NCBI GenBank assembly: GCA_002633005.1
Contig: NMRA01000259.1
Span: 296,934 to 344,003 of the forward strand
DNA from: Phoronis australis
Lineage: Eukaryota > Animalia > Phoronida
Length of the DNA: 47,070 nucleotides
Direction of reading: 5' to 3'
Positions 1 to 12,031 of the stretch are shown here, in pieces. Within the stretch, counting starts at the first letter, position 1, and every line of letters begins with the position of its first letter. The position numbers and the translations under genes are program-made. Below the pieces are notes generated by a model. That model worked only from the letters and a program-made list of their open reading frames with translations, was not told where the DNA came from and ran no database searches.

Positions 1-64
1 TTGGCGGGATCAGTCAGGGTCGGGAGCTGGGAAACCATTAACCTGGTTCCCGGGCCTCACAAGC

Positions 65-72
65 TGACGTCA
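65..72. promoter_or_regulatory. Palindromic CRE/ATF site (TGACGTCA) about 130 bp upstream of the IPK ATG
   Basis: Exact TGACGTCA. It sits inside a small imperfect hairpin that may be MITE-derived. Confidence 0.35.
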
Positions 73-202
73 CGGATTGCTTGTGAAGGCCCCCAACCCA
101 ATCTCGTGGGTCTGTGGAGGAGACTAGGAAACCATAAGAACGTACGTGCCATCTATCGACTCGTCATTAAACTTCAATCGTCAACATCCGGTCGCTTTCA
201 AA

Positions 203-360
203 ATGTGCGAGATAGAGTGTGTGGTGAAGTTGGGTGGTAGTGCTGTAACAGTTAAAGAAAAGTTTGAGAGCGAACGCGTGGAGGAAATATGTAGAGCCAC
301 AGAAATAGTTAAACGATTATTTGAATCCAAGAAGAAGTGCATAATTGTTCACGGAGCTGG
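203..360 (+). CDS. IPK: IPK exon 1 (MCEIECVVKLGGS...IIVHGAG)
   Basis: ATG at 203, KLGGS and HGAG motifs, donor GG|gtaatt at 361. Confidence 0.9.
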
Positions 361-3300
361 GTAATTTACGCAAGCACCTCGTTGAAAAACCCAGGTGTCG
401 TATTACTATAAAAGACGTAGTCGTAGGCTTTATAGCCTTTATAATTTATATTACCACAGGCGTCCTCAGCTTCTGATCGTCCCCAATACACTATATGTGT
501 AGTCAGTGGGGACGATCAGAAGCTGAGGACGCCTATGTACAGTACTAGTCACATACTCTGTCACTGTGCCTCGGACAGGTCAGTCATGGGTAACTTGTTA
601 ACTCGTTGTCATATTGTATCGCCCGGGGGAGCTGGCGATAACTGAGTGAAAATAAACAGAGAACCACTAAGTCCAGACTTATCTGTCAATAAACTGTCCT
701 TTTTGATGTTTTATTGAGCGGTAGTCCAGTGCAATGCCAATGGCCATGTTAAAAATTGTTCACACACCCTTTTTGACAGATGATGTGTAATTTGCTTATT
801 TATGATAAAAATGAATTTGCAGACACATTTTCAAGACTTGTAGTTTAGTATATACCTTTTTAATAAAAAATAATAGTTAAATGTAACAATGCATGGCTGA
901 GAACATCTCATGATACACTTACACGCCAGGCTAACTTCAAGTGCCTCTTTGATGTATACTCAGTACGTGCTGAGGCAATTTCTGGTCACCACCCTGCAAT
1001 CGTGAATCACAGGTCAACCGGTCTTGTTTTTTTTTGTAATTTCACATTGTTGATAACTTAATTCAATGACTTCCTGTAACCATGTAGATCAGAACATTTT
1101 TTATCGAAGCTGTCAAATTCCTAAATGGAGATCGTTGGAGCTGGTTTCCAACCCATTTTCACATGCAGGCACAGCAGAAGCAGACGGACATTTTGCTCAT
1201 GAGACCGCTTGGCATTTTTGTGTCAATTTGGTTATATTCTATAAAAGTTGCCAGTTAGGAAGATCAAGGAAGCAGAATATGCAAACTAATAGATTCATTT
1301 GAAGATTCTGGAAAAATAGCCAGTGAAGTCATATGTCGATCTATAGGAGTGAGTGTATCTCAGTATATGCTGTGGTTGTTAATTGGTTCATGCAGTTCAA
1401 TAATGTCTAGTCTTCAGTGGTGGTGGTAGTGGTAGCATATAGTACAGATTATTACACTTCGAGCACGTGTTACAGATAACTGCACTACTACTAGTAGGTA
1501 TAGTCTTGATAGTCAATACAGCGACCTGGAGTACACCGAGTACAAGAAATGTGACGAGACCTTGCAAAATCACATATAAATGAAAGATAAGTGTTTTGCA
1601 AGTTTGCTCACCTGGGATCTTACTGGTGTATCCTACGAAACTCCACGTTGGTTGCCATCATTCCAAACTGAAAAGGTGGGGCATATATATCTAGGATACC
1701 ACAAGAGGAAAATGTCCGTCACAACACCCAGAGGCACAGTCACACTGACTGAGTTTTTGTTTTCTAGCAGTTTGTAAAAGGAGTTGGAAAATAGTGATAT
1801 GTAAGGTTGAAAAGCATGAAGATATGCTGCTAGCGTAAACACATTCAAATGAGTAAATATGTAAATATCATCACATAAATCAAGGCAGTGCGTGACATGA
1901 TGCTGTCATGGGATGGCTGATGAATCTTCAAACAATGGGATGGTACCGCCACGACATGGACAGTTTGGAATAGTGAAAATGGTGGCCAGTTCTTTGCAAT
2001 AACTTGAAATGTTCATGGAGCACTCTTTAGCTGTCAGCCATTGTACACATTAAGCCCCGCTGATTTACATCTTCACAATATCCAAAACAAAATGGTTCAC
2101 AATTCAGGAAAATTCCCATGTCCCTTATCCTTGGATAATGTCATCTAGCAAATGTGCAGACACAATTTTCAGAATGATATTGCTTTATTCCATAGACCAA
2201 ACAGCAACAGGAGGGACATAATGGTTTCTGGTGTTTCATTTACAGATCATTTGGTCATCATCAGGCTAAACTATATCAGGTAAAAAAAGGTCTGGCAGGT
2301 GGGGATCCAGCAGAATGCAGGAAGGGGTTCTGTTTGACACGGCGTTCGGTTACAAAGGTTTGTAAGCATGGTACTGCTGTTCATGGTACTGTTGTTCAGG
2401 GGACTGTTCACGGTGCTGTTGTTTACGGGGCTGTTGTTCACGGGGCTGTTGTTCACGGTACTGTTGTTCATAGTACTGTTGTTCACAGTACTGTTGTTCA
2501 CNTGTTCACGGTGCTGTTGTTCACGGGGCTGTTGTTTACGGGGCTGTTGTTCACGGGGCTGTTGTTCACGGTATCGTTGTTCATGGTACTGTTGTTCACG
2601 TTACTGTTATTCACGGTGCTGTTGTTCACGGTACTGTTGTTCATGGTACTGTTGTTCCCGGTACTGTTGTTCATGGTACTGTTGTTCATGGTGGCAGATC
2701 ACTGTGTAGAACCAAACATATTTGTACTAGCATTGCCTTAAGGTCATTTTGGACCTTGTCAACAAGTGTGTGTGTGTATTTAACCAATATCTACTGTAGT
2801 AAACTAGGTTTTAAGTCGGTAAAATTATGTATTTTCTGGATGTAAAAAATCCGACAGAGTTTGATTTTTGTCTTCTTACCAACATGCTCTTAACTGGACC
2901 TAGGAACCAGATTCTCAGGATCACGTGACCTTGCCTTTCTATAGTAACAGTTGGAAAAAAGAAACCTAGAAAATAAATCTGAAACTAAATAATGCGATCC
3001 AGATCCTCTTAAGGATGATACTATTGTTTCACTAAATGTAGAATATATATAGGTAAATAAAACAACAAGAATGGATCAACTGAAATTTTTCGGATATAAT
3101 AACATCAACAGAAACAGAAATAAAGTAAAATCAAACACTAAATGACAATAGACATTTAAGATGTGGCATAATGAATATGATACATTGTTGCGGAAATAAT
3201 TAAATGATATAATTTAAGAAGTTTTTATGTTTAATCCATGAGGTTCTTGTGTATTGAGCTTGTCTATCCATACAGTATAGCTCAATACACTAGAACCTCA

Positions 3301-6300
3301 TGGATTAAACATAAAAACTTCTTAAATTATTCATTTAATTATTTCCGAAAAAAGAAAGGTACACTGGTGGCAAAACAACATATTAAAAACATGATCAAAT
3401 GCCGTTTGATATAAATGTTCGTTGACAGAAAGTAAATCTCAAAAAGGCTGTTAACATTTTCTAAGTAGTCACTTCGTTTTCATTTCTTCACTGGGTCCGA
3501 GGCCTGTTACTGGGAGATTATTGGCTTTTATTTTAGACTTTAACAAAGTGTTGTTTTGCTGTCATTTTGGTTTCATGAAATGTTCCGTCTTCTGTCAGGT
3601 TGAGCAGACAACAAATTTACATCTTTTGTATTCAGTTGTGGACAGATTTTATGACTTTCAACCTTGACCTGTTTTATTGAAACGGGCTACGCTACCATGA
3701 ACTCGTTTTTAGCCAAAAACCAAGAGATGTCCGATAAACAGGTCCCTGATCTCAAATATATATTAATCTTGTCATCATTACTATGACTTTACTGTTATTT
3801 TTCACGCGTTTAGCACACAATATGACAGTAAGTGAAATTCTGTTCTGTCAAATTTCGCTACAAAAGTAAAGATTAAGAACATATGCCCATTACAAGCGTG
3901 GTTGACAGTGTGTAGATGTCTTAAAACAGCATTTACATTTTTTTCCAAAAAGGTGATCATCCAATGAAAATTTGAGAAATGGGCACTTTTGCAATTGTTT
4001 TTGTGCAAAATCAGTGAATTATCATTAAATACGTTGGATGTTAACCCCGATGTGCAGGGTGAGGGAAACTTGATGTATGAAATGTTTTATTATTTCAGTT
4101 AAACAAGATGATAGTCGACGCGTTATTGGAGGCATCCGTCCCTGCTGTGTCTCAGGCTGTGAGTAATCCCTGACAAACCTCCTTTGGCAACCAGAGTTCT
4201 TTCTTTAATTAGAATCAGACCAAAAACATATTTCTGGTCTTTGGTTTTATTTGAAATTGAGTTGGTGGTGTCATAGTGTCTTTAGTTGCTCATTTTTATG
4301 AATGAAAATCCACTGACTTAAGATGAAGGAAAGTGTGTGCAAGATTTGGTTTTTGTTTTTACTCATCCTGCAGCGCTCAACAGATGCAAAAATGTCCGTT
4401 GGAAGATATAAGTGCTGGCATGACTTGGTCTCGTATTTTCGAATTTGGGCTCGTAGGTTGGAATCGTGGTCAGCGCTCATAGGGGTGATCCAATTTTGAG
4501 CTTGTATTGTAATTTTTTCACTCCCTTTTTCTATCGCATCACCGTATTTGTCGTCGCCAGTGCCAGTGGTCACAGGGGACATCATCTTGTTAGTGTCCTA
4601 GTGTCCTCTGCAGTGCATCTAACAATGACCGAGTTGTTGAGTTGACATTTACAGGATCTAAAGTCCAACCTGTACAGCCTCTCATGCAACACAACAAATT
4701 TATTATTCATAAAACCATTCCTTTCTCACATTTTAAGAGTCAAATCGTAGCTTTTTTCACATCTCAAGCTGAACTGAAATTTTGTGTCTGACCTATTTTT
4801 TCACAAATGGCACGTATGCAGTGCCAAACAAGCAAACATCGGGGTCACGTGACATTTTGTGACTATAACCTATTTTTCCCTATATAGCACATTTTCAGTG
4901 GCAATAAAGAAGCGAAACGGAATTGCCCAATACACGGAATTACACGCTAAGCTGAAGCACTTCGAGGCATTTTAGTTCATGCAAAACTAGTTATTGAATA
5001 TGTCACTAGCATCAGACGCAAGATTTTTTTCTTGTGAAATTTGCACTGCACCATTCTCACATACCAGTGGGTCTTTCAACCTGGGCTTGCTTTGTTGTGT
5101 GCTGGCAGAAGTTTTGTGACAGAAAAATTTTCAATCGTTCAAGCTGGAAAAGTTTGAACAGCGCGAACATATGGAGGGAGTTTAGGCTTAGATTTATCAA
5201 GTTTGCATCCTCGACAATTTTGCCAACGTTTGTATGGCATGTCAGTCTTTGAATTTTGGTGTTTATTTTTGAACGTGACTGTATTTTCTCCTATTTCAAA
5301 TTGCGTACTTGGCTACTCAAATAAATTTGTTGGTTAGAGAGTACCGATGTAACTTTTGTGTCGATAACTAGCCTTACAGTTGCAGCAAATCCTTTGTTTA
5401 TGCATAATAATTCCAAAAGTGGTGGATGACAAGGGCAACTTTACTGCCGAACGTCTGATATAAATGAGGCCAATTTTCCTTTTTCCACTCATATTTTTAA
5501 GCGTTCGCCTACTTTTGTCAAGCCCTGGCTTGGTAAACCACAAAATTTGAAATCTTGCTTCCGTGCCTTTGTGGAGCTTTTCAAAACGAATGACACCTTG
5601 GCTGCAGTTGGTAATGTCTGGATTTTTTCTTTTAGTCATTGAGGGCATGTCTCAAAATGAGCCAGGTTACAAATCAGAACTAAATGTGCTTTTTGGCCTG
5701 ACATGGCGTAACTCCAGTGTATTCCATGACTTGTTTGCATGTGTCACGGCAACCTGTTTTTATAGTCGTTGTGGCCTGGGTGCATGTGTCACTGCAACCT
5801 GTGACGTTGCAGTTTTCTAAATTATCGTTTCATTTTCGTTTTATACAACTTCGGATTTTTTCACGAGAATTATTATAGTCATATTTTAGATAGGCTGTGC
5901 AAAATGGACTATTTTAAAAACACGTCCTAGCTCGGTTTTGAGAACAGTGCATGAAACAATCTGATAGTTACCTATGAATCTGGTCAGTCATTCCTGACAA
6001 GTGATTTTACACAGTTAGTCAATCTTGGACATTTTTCTAGAGTCCTGCATAACCTCACTGGGTACTCCAGTACCTTTGAAAGCTCATTTCGCATAATTTT
6101 GCTGAAACTTTCTTATAGACAGTGTGTGCTTCTACCTTTTAGGCATGTGGTAGCTGGGTAACAAACAATGGTGTCGTGATTCAAGATAATGTTGCCGGGC
6201 TGCGCCATCTCGTGGCAGCTGGGTTTGTACCTGTTGTCCACGGGGACGCTGTAATTGACACAGCTAAAGGATGGTCTATTTTGAGTGGAGATACTCTTAT

Positions 6301-7757
6301 TAAAGTAAGTAGCTTGCACAGTTGACCCTGTCCATCCATGTTTATTGGGAGCTCTATACTCAGTGAAGGTACCGTTTTGTAAATATCCTGCACGCTTGAC
6401 CGCTATCCAGTCTTGTTTAATGGAGCCCTGCATGGATTATGTTTATGGATAGGAATACGTGTGAGGTGTTCTCTCGTCGTGGGGCCTCCCGTATGAGTCG
6501 GATCGTACTCGCCTGACATGTCGGCTTACAATACAAATCGCCCTTTACACTCGTTACATGCTCCACAGTGCAGTAGAACCAATATAAGAGTTTTGAGATA
6601 AGAAAGAAAGTTAGTATAGTTTCAACTAAACAACAAAAACAACATTACAAGCTGGAGGGTAAGAACTTCTCAGTGTCCAGTTTGCACAGTCCTGAAGAAA
6701 CCAAATGTTGCTTCGTAGTTCAGAGCTGGTGAACGACAGACGAGAGTTCACAGTCCTGACAAAACCACAACATCGTTGACCAGAGCCGGTCGGAGATATA
6801 TTGATGGAAAATTGCAGAGCAGTTCACTGTAAAACTTAATGAGCAAACAGTCTGCATAACCAAACCACCTCCAGCACCACCTATTGTCAGAAGCTGAACT
6901 AAAGATTACATGACATCAGGCTCTGTCATTTTTAATCAGTTTTCTTATGGTCCTTGGCCTGAAAGAAACAGAATCAAGATACTCAACTTTTGTGATATTT
7001 TTGATTATGTAATTCATAAAATTAATGTGTATTAAAACGCTATTAAACTCAAACTTTGTGTTAAAAAGAAGGTATGATTTAGGCTATTTACTACTACAAA
7101 AGTGGTCTTAAAATTTCTGTTAGACAAACTGGAGGTGATTTCTGGCCTTTTAAAGATCTGATAGCTATCCTCATAAAATTTGAGTTCACAACATGAACAG
7201 AAATTTTATGAGCCACGTGTGAAGAAATAAATATCTGTCATTTCTTCCAGCAGAGCCAGAATTCGGTTCTAAGCTGAGGGAGAAACGATCTAGGTCAGAC
7301 CTATTTTGTAACATTAAGTGACCTATGTCAAAACTTGCTTTTTCACAGAAGGCACAGGTGTAAAAAAGTTTAGTTATCTTTTACATCTCAACTGATCAGA
7401 GTCTTGTCCTTACAGGTTCTGTGCGAGAAAGTGACTGTATCTCGTGTCGTCTTTCTGACCGATGTTGCTGGTGTTTTGACCCACCCTCCGGGTCACTCCG
7501 AGTCCAAACTGATACCCAAGATTCAAGTCACACCAGAGGGTTCTGTTAGCTGTAACATATCGTCTAGTTGTAATCAGCACGATGTTACTGGAGGAATCGC
7601 ACTGAAAGTAGACACTGCTGTAGATATTGTCACGGCAACCAAGGGAAGGACAGAAGTCTTTGTGTGTCATATTAGGTCTGATGCAGCTTGCAAGTCGTGT
7701 ATAGATGAAAATTTGGAGAATTTAGAGGGAACTTTAATCAAGTTGTGGACAGCATAG
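203..7757 (+). CDS. IPK: Isopentenyl phosphate kinase (IPK), amino acid kinase family; join(203..360,2246..2357,4099..4158,6143..6304,7416..7757), 277 aa
   Basis: Five GT-AG exons splice in frame (intron phases 2,0,0,0; 834 nt). Motifs KLGGS, IIVHGAGSFGH (IPK-diagnostic His), PVVHGD, ILSGD, FLTDVAGV and DVTGGIALK occur in the expected order. Confidence 0.9.
458..534. repeat. Perfect 28-bp inverted repeat with 21-nt spacer (mini-MITE/palindrome) in IPK intron 1
   Basis: aggcgtcctcagcttctgatcgtcccca (458-485) and its reverse complement (507-534). Confidence 0.9.
2246..2357 (+). CDS. IPK: IPK exon 2 (SFGHHQAKLYQVKKG...TRRSVTK)
   Basis: Acceptor tttacag, completes HGAG|SFGH; donor AAG|gtttgt. 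Mostly missed by the ORF track. Confidence 0.85.
2368..2690. repeat. 15-bp minisatellite (GTACTGTTGTTCACG-like unit, about 21 copies) at the start of IPK intron 2
   Basis: Direct tandem periodicity; generates spurious VLLFT/NNSTV ORFs; one N at 2502. Confidence 0.95.
3191..3347. repeat. Near-perfect AT-rich palindrome (about 70-bp arms, 18-nt loop), MITE-like
   Basis: cggaaataattaaatga...gtattgagct / agctcaatacac...tcatttaattatttccg. Confidence 0.85.
3810..4015 (+). repeat. Interspersed repeat, diverged homolog of 17382-17595
   Basis: Shared blocks ttagcacacaatat...agtgaaattc...aaagattaagaa...tgtgtagat...tttttgtgcaaaat. Confidence 0.6.
4099..4158 (+). CDS. IPK: IPK exon 3 (LNKMIVDALLEASVPAVSQA)
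   Basis: Acceptor tatttcag, donor gtgagt; LN..IV..L....PAV pattern typical of this helix in IPKs. Confidence 0.85.
6143..6304 (+). CDS. IPK: IPK exon 4 (ACGSWVTNNG...GFVPVVHGDAVIDTAKGWSILSGDTLIK)
   Basis: Acceptor cctttttag, donor gtaagt; PVVHGD and ILSGD motifs. Confidence 0.9.
7416..7757 (+). CDS. IPK: IPK exon 5, terminal (VLCEKVTVSRVVFLTDVAGV...DVTGGIALKV...LWTA*)
   Basis: Acceptor ccttacag; FLTDVxGV and DVTGG motifs; stop TAG ends at 7757. Confidence 0.9.
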   Translation, partial: VLCEKVTVSRVVFLTDVAGVLTHPPGHSESKLIPKIQVTPEGSVSCNISSSCNQHDVTGGIALKVDTAVDIVTATKGRTEVFVCHIRSDAACKSCIDENLENLEGTLIKLWTA

Positions 7758-7848
7758 ACAGAGACGGCTTATTTTGATGGAGTTGGGTTATAGATTTTTC
7801 ATTTCATTCTCAAGATCACTTTGATTGTTACATGATGTCATTAGGGTG

Positions 7849-8081
7849 CATGCGCACCCAGCCCAGCCTTCACCATTCGGGGCTCAAATTTCTGACGTTG
7901 TGGACTTTTTGCTAACAAAAAAAAAAACGGGTGTACCACTACGAATTGCGTATTTGCGCTTATTTAGGGACTTTTGTTCCATTTTGTCAGACTTTTTGAC
8001 TCTCAGGGGCGAACCTTTTTGCCTATTTCGCCAAATGGGGGGCTCATTTGAGCCCCCGAGCCCAACCTGGGTGTGCACATG
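7849..8081. mobile_element. MITE of the CATGCGCGCACCCAG-terminus family, just downstream of the IPK stop (probably in the 3' UTR)
   Basis: Ends catgcgcacccag ... ctgggtgtgcacatg; related copies at about 20212-20370, 22400-22649 and 42069-42311. Confidence 0.65.
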
Positions 8082-8764
8082 GGATGGTCAATGGAAGCAT
8101 GACTTTTGATATTGCAATGACCTTGCAGGCTGTACTCTAATAGACACACAGTTTCTCATGTACTTATCAGTGAGAAATGAAACAATACTTCAGCAACTGA
8201 AAAGGTACATGGGTGCCGCTACAAGAATTGTTTACTACAAATGTTAAAAACAATTGTCTGAGACAATGCAAGCACTGGGCAATACTTTTCAAAATAAAGT
8301 AATAAACTGGTGTCATAAGAATATTGGAATTTTTGTGTTCTAGTGGTTACATATTTATTACTGTCTTTTCTCTCAATAGCTCATCTGACTGTATGCAATA
8401 TATTGTACCTGGAAATAAGTGGACAATGCTCTGAGATAATTTAGTTATAATGATTTATAAGTATATAAATCTTACACCGGTTTGGAAGTGTGTATCGCAA
8501 ATAGTTGTAAGTCTGGTCTGCACTCTACCTTTGTCCATGTCACATGACCTAATGAATATATTATAAGTCTGAAAAGATTTCTACCCCAACTGGGACTTGA
8601 GTTTCCGGATCTTCTGCTTCCGTGCAGAACGTCCCGTAGTCCAGTTTGGTTCGGGCAGGAATCTTTTCAGACTTATATTCATTAGGTTCCATTATGTTGT
8701 CACAGTTGGCATGCTGACCAGACTTAAAAATGTTTGCCTTATAATGAATGAAGTTCTACATATC

Positions 8765-10530
8765 TTTTTTTATGTATTTATCATTTACAAACAATTACAA
8801 AATTGAACAAACAAATAAGTACACCATTCATTCACGCATGCACACCTCAGGAAGACCATTCTCATATCTGGTTTAAAGTAAATATCTTCTACATGAAGTT
8901 AACATGAACAATAAAATTTTCCCATTTCGCAGAGAAGCTGTCATATACAAAGTTTTTATGTGCATTTAATTTTTCTGCATTATAGTATTCATAAGTTTTT
9001 GTAACGAGCTTGAGAAAATTAGGTATATTTTTGTGACATCTCTCCTTGTAAATGTACTGTTTAGCTAGTAGAACCAAAATGTTAAATAGAAAATCATGCG
9101 TCTTGTAAAGTCCAAGAATAACACTATCGTAAGACAGACAGTTGGGAAGCTGAATGCCACACTTTTGAAGTAGCTTTCCGAATTCCTTCCAGAAATCTTG
9201 TACAAAGCTACATTCCCAAAAAAGGTGTGACAGCGTCTCTGGAGCTTTATTACAAAAGGAACATAGATCACAGAATCCCTAACACATATTTTGACTAAAA
9301 AGGTATTTGTTGCAATAATTCTATGTAGTATTCTAAATTGGAACCATCTAATATGGGTATCCTTTGTAATTTTGTAAGGTAAAGTATATGTTTTCTTCCA
9401 ATCTCCTAGCTCTATTTCCCATTTGGACTCTGACTTAGGTTTCTTAACGTTATTAAAGACTGAACAAATATGTCTACAACCCTTCAAATCTTTCCGTAAG
9501 TGAGTAATTGCTAAAGGCATGCAGGAGAGTAGACATTAACACTTATAAATTTACTTTGAAATAGACTTTTTTGAAACCTTTTTAGAACAAAACAACACCA
9601 TTATATTCTACAAAGTTGGTTTTCACGTCGAACCTATTTTTCATATTGTTTAGACTAACAAAATCACCAGCCGAGGTATACATATCTCTAATAAATCTTA
9701 AACCTTTTACAAACCAAGGCTTATAAAAACCACATGTGCCTCCGATCGCCAAGTTACTATTAAGCCACAAAGGTTGGTTCAAAAAGTCCTCTTTATTCGC
9801 AATAATTATTTTCTTGTAGAAAGATAACATACTTCCAAATACGTCGCGCCAGTAGGAATTACCAATTAGAGTTAACTTCGACTTAATAAAGTCATCTCCA
9901 AATGAAGCAAAATTCTTTAAGAACGGGTAGAGTGAGTACAGTAATTCACCACTTTTAGACGCAGGGCTTTCAAGATATCTACGGGCCATAGCGAGTTTTA
10001 AAGCTTTGCTGAAAGTATGCATATTAACCATTTGAATTCCCCCTTGATTAAGTCGTAAACAGGCCGTAGTTCGTTTAATTTTATCATTACGGGCCTGCCA
10101 TACAAATCTAAAAAATGTATTCAATTCACCCAAGACTTTCACTGGTGGATTTGGTAAACTTGACAACAAAAAATTAAGTTTAGAAATAGCTAATGTTTTA
10201 ATTACCGTTACTCGACCAAACGGCGTTAAATTTCGTCGACTCCACTAAACTTTTTAGTAAAGACTTGATCTCAGTTATTCTTGCAGTGAAGTTCTTATGC
10301 GTCATTATATCCAATTGAGTGTCAAAATCCACCTCCAAAAATCTAAAAGATTTTTTGTCCAAGACAAAATTTCTTGTGTAGGAATCACGTCATCACTACC
10401 AGTTTTATTTCCAAACCATATGGCTTTTGTTTTATCCACATTCACTTGGAGACCGGAGACATCAGCAAACAAATGTAGTACATTCAGTGTGGTAGTCAAT
10501 GACAAATTCGACCCAAGTTCTGCATATCTA
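8765..10530 (-). mobile_element. 5'-truncated, frameshifted non-LTR retrotransposon (L1/Tx1-like ORF2: RT C-terminus plus C-terminal Cys/His zinc knuckle)
   Basis: Minus-strand peptides FADVSGLQVNVDKT, WSRRNLTPFGRVTVIKTLAISKL, GGIQMVN, QPLWLN, WFQFRILHRIIATN and, after a frameshift, CSFC...ETLSHLFWEC; A-rich 3' tail (T-run at about 8765). Confidence 0.85.
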
Positions 10531-10713
10531 GTTATTGCGCATGACACTCACAAATAGTTCAAGGCTTTAATGCATGGCAGTATCTCGCAAAAACTTGCCT
10601 GATTTTGTTTTCAACAACTTTTTTGTGTCTACCGAATATTATAGTCCTGTTTTCCTCTGAAAGCAGCATGTGTGCTTCATATGCAACATATGTTGTTAAT
10701 CTTTTGTCAATCA

Positions 10714-12031
10714 TTTTATGCACCCACATATTTATATGTGGACGCATTATGCCATCATCTCCGTCCGTCTGGCATACGTCCAGCGTCCGTCTGTTCGGCA
10801 TCGAGCGTCCGCTGCTCTATATCCAAAACACCTTGACGTACAGTATGTTCATGAAATTTTGCACATGTGTTTCTATCATAAATGGGACGGCATGAGCGAA
10901 CTTTCGGATCCGACTACCAGTGTGCTCCCTAGTGGCAATTTTAGTTTTTACGCTTACCCCTGTATCTTCAAAAGTACTGAACGGATTTTCCTAAAATTTG
11001 GTATATAGGCACCTAGGCCTATTAGTGAGATGACGCTATCCTCCCGTTTTCAGATGGATTTGACGTAGTTTGCGCCACCTAATGGCCATTTTTACTTTTT
11101 TCGAGTCTGGTTTTTGGCGTCCACTCGTCTATCAACCAAACGGCGTTCAGGATAATTGTAAAAATTTGCATGTATGTTTTTACTATGAAGTGGACGGCTG
11201 ACGACGATTTTTCGATTTTCCGACGAGTTCGACTACTGTGGCACCTCCTAGTGGCAGTTTTTTTTTGCCGCTCATGGCTGTATCTATTAAACCGTTTGCA
11301 GGGTCTTTACTTAATTTAGCAAGTGTATGTATATGATGTTGACAATGGATGACACGACTTTCGGACGGATCTGACTAGTGGTGTGCCCCCAGGCAATTGT
11401 AGTTGTTTATGTTTACCAGTCTGTATCTTTAAAGGTCCTCAACAGATTTTAATGAAATTTTGAATGGAATCTATTGGTGAGATGACTCTATCATCCTGTT
11501 TTTGGATGCAATCGAGGTATTTTGCACTACCTGGTGGCCATTTTTTGCTGTTTTCAATCTTGTTTTTTGGCGTCCACCCCTCTATCAACCAAATCATGCT
11601 AGGTATGGTTTTGAAAATTGGCGTATGTTTTCCGAGTGTGAAGAGGACCTTGATTTGATGATGGCGACTGACTACTGTGGTGCCTCCTAGTGGTAGTTTT
11701 GTTTTGTTTTGCGCCCATAGCTGTATCTCCAAAACCCACTGCAGGATCTTTATTAAATTGTAAGTGAATTTATATGAAGATAACAGAAGACGACTTTCAA
11801 GCGGATGGAACGGACGCTGTGCCCACAAGTGGCAATTTCATTTTGTTCTGTTTTCCTTTGTTTCTCTGAAGTTCCTTGACAGATTTTTATGAAATATGAC
11901 ATGTTCCCGTTTTTGGATGGATTGTACGTTTTTGAGCTATCTAGTGACCATTTTTATGATACAAATAAATAACACCAAACCATTTGCGATGCATTCGTTG
12001 GCGCATTTCAACGCTCCGCGTTGCTCTTGTT
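10714..12031 (+). mobile_element. Helentron-associated non-autonomous element (HINE/DINE-1/pearl-like) with internal tandem array
   Basis: 5' TTTT plus subterminal palindrome atgcacccacatat/atatgtggacgcat, a CGTC-type microsatellite, ~115-170 bp tandem subunits, and a 3' hairpin caacgc-tcc-gcgttg followed by ctcttgtt. Confidence 0.7.

Noticed and set aside
2271-2741. Repetitive ORFs (VLLFT, NNSTV, CCSR repeats) resembling membrane or Cys-rich proteins
   Set aside because: Translations of an intronic 15-bp minisatellite.
6685-6795. Possible hammerhead ribozyme (CTGAAGA...GAA in a short duplicated unit)
   Set aside because: Could not form the required stems or GAAA/NUH core by eye.
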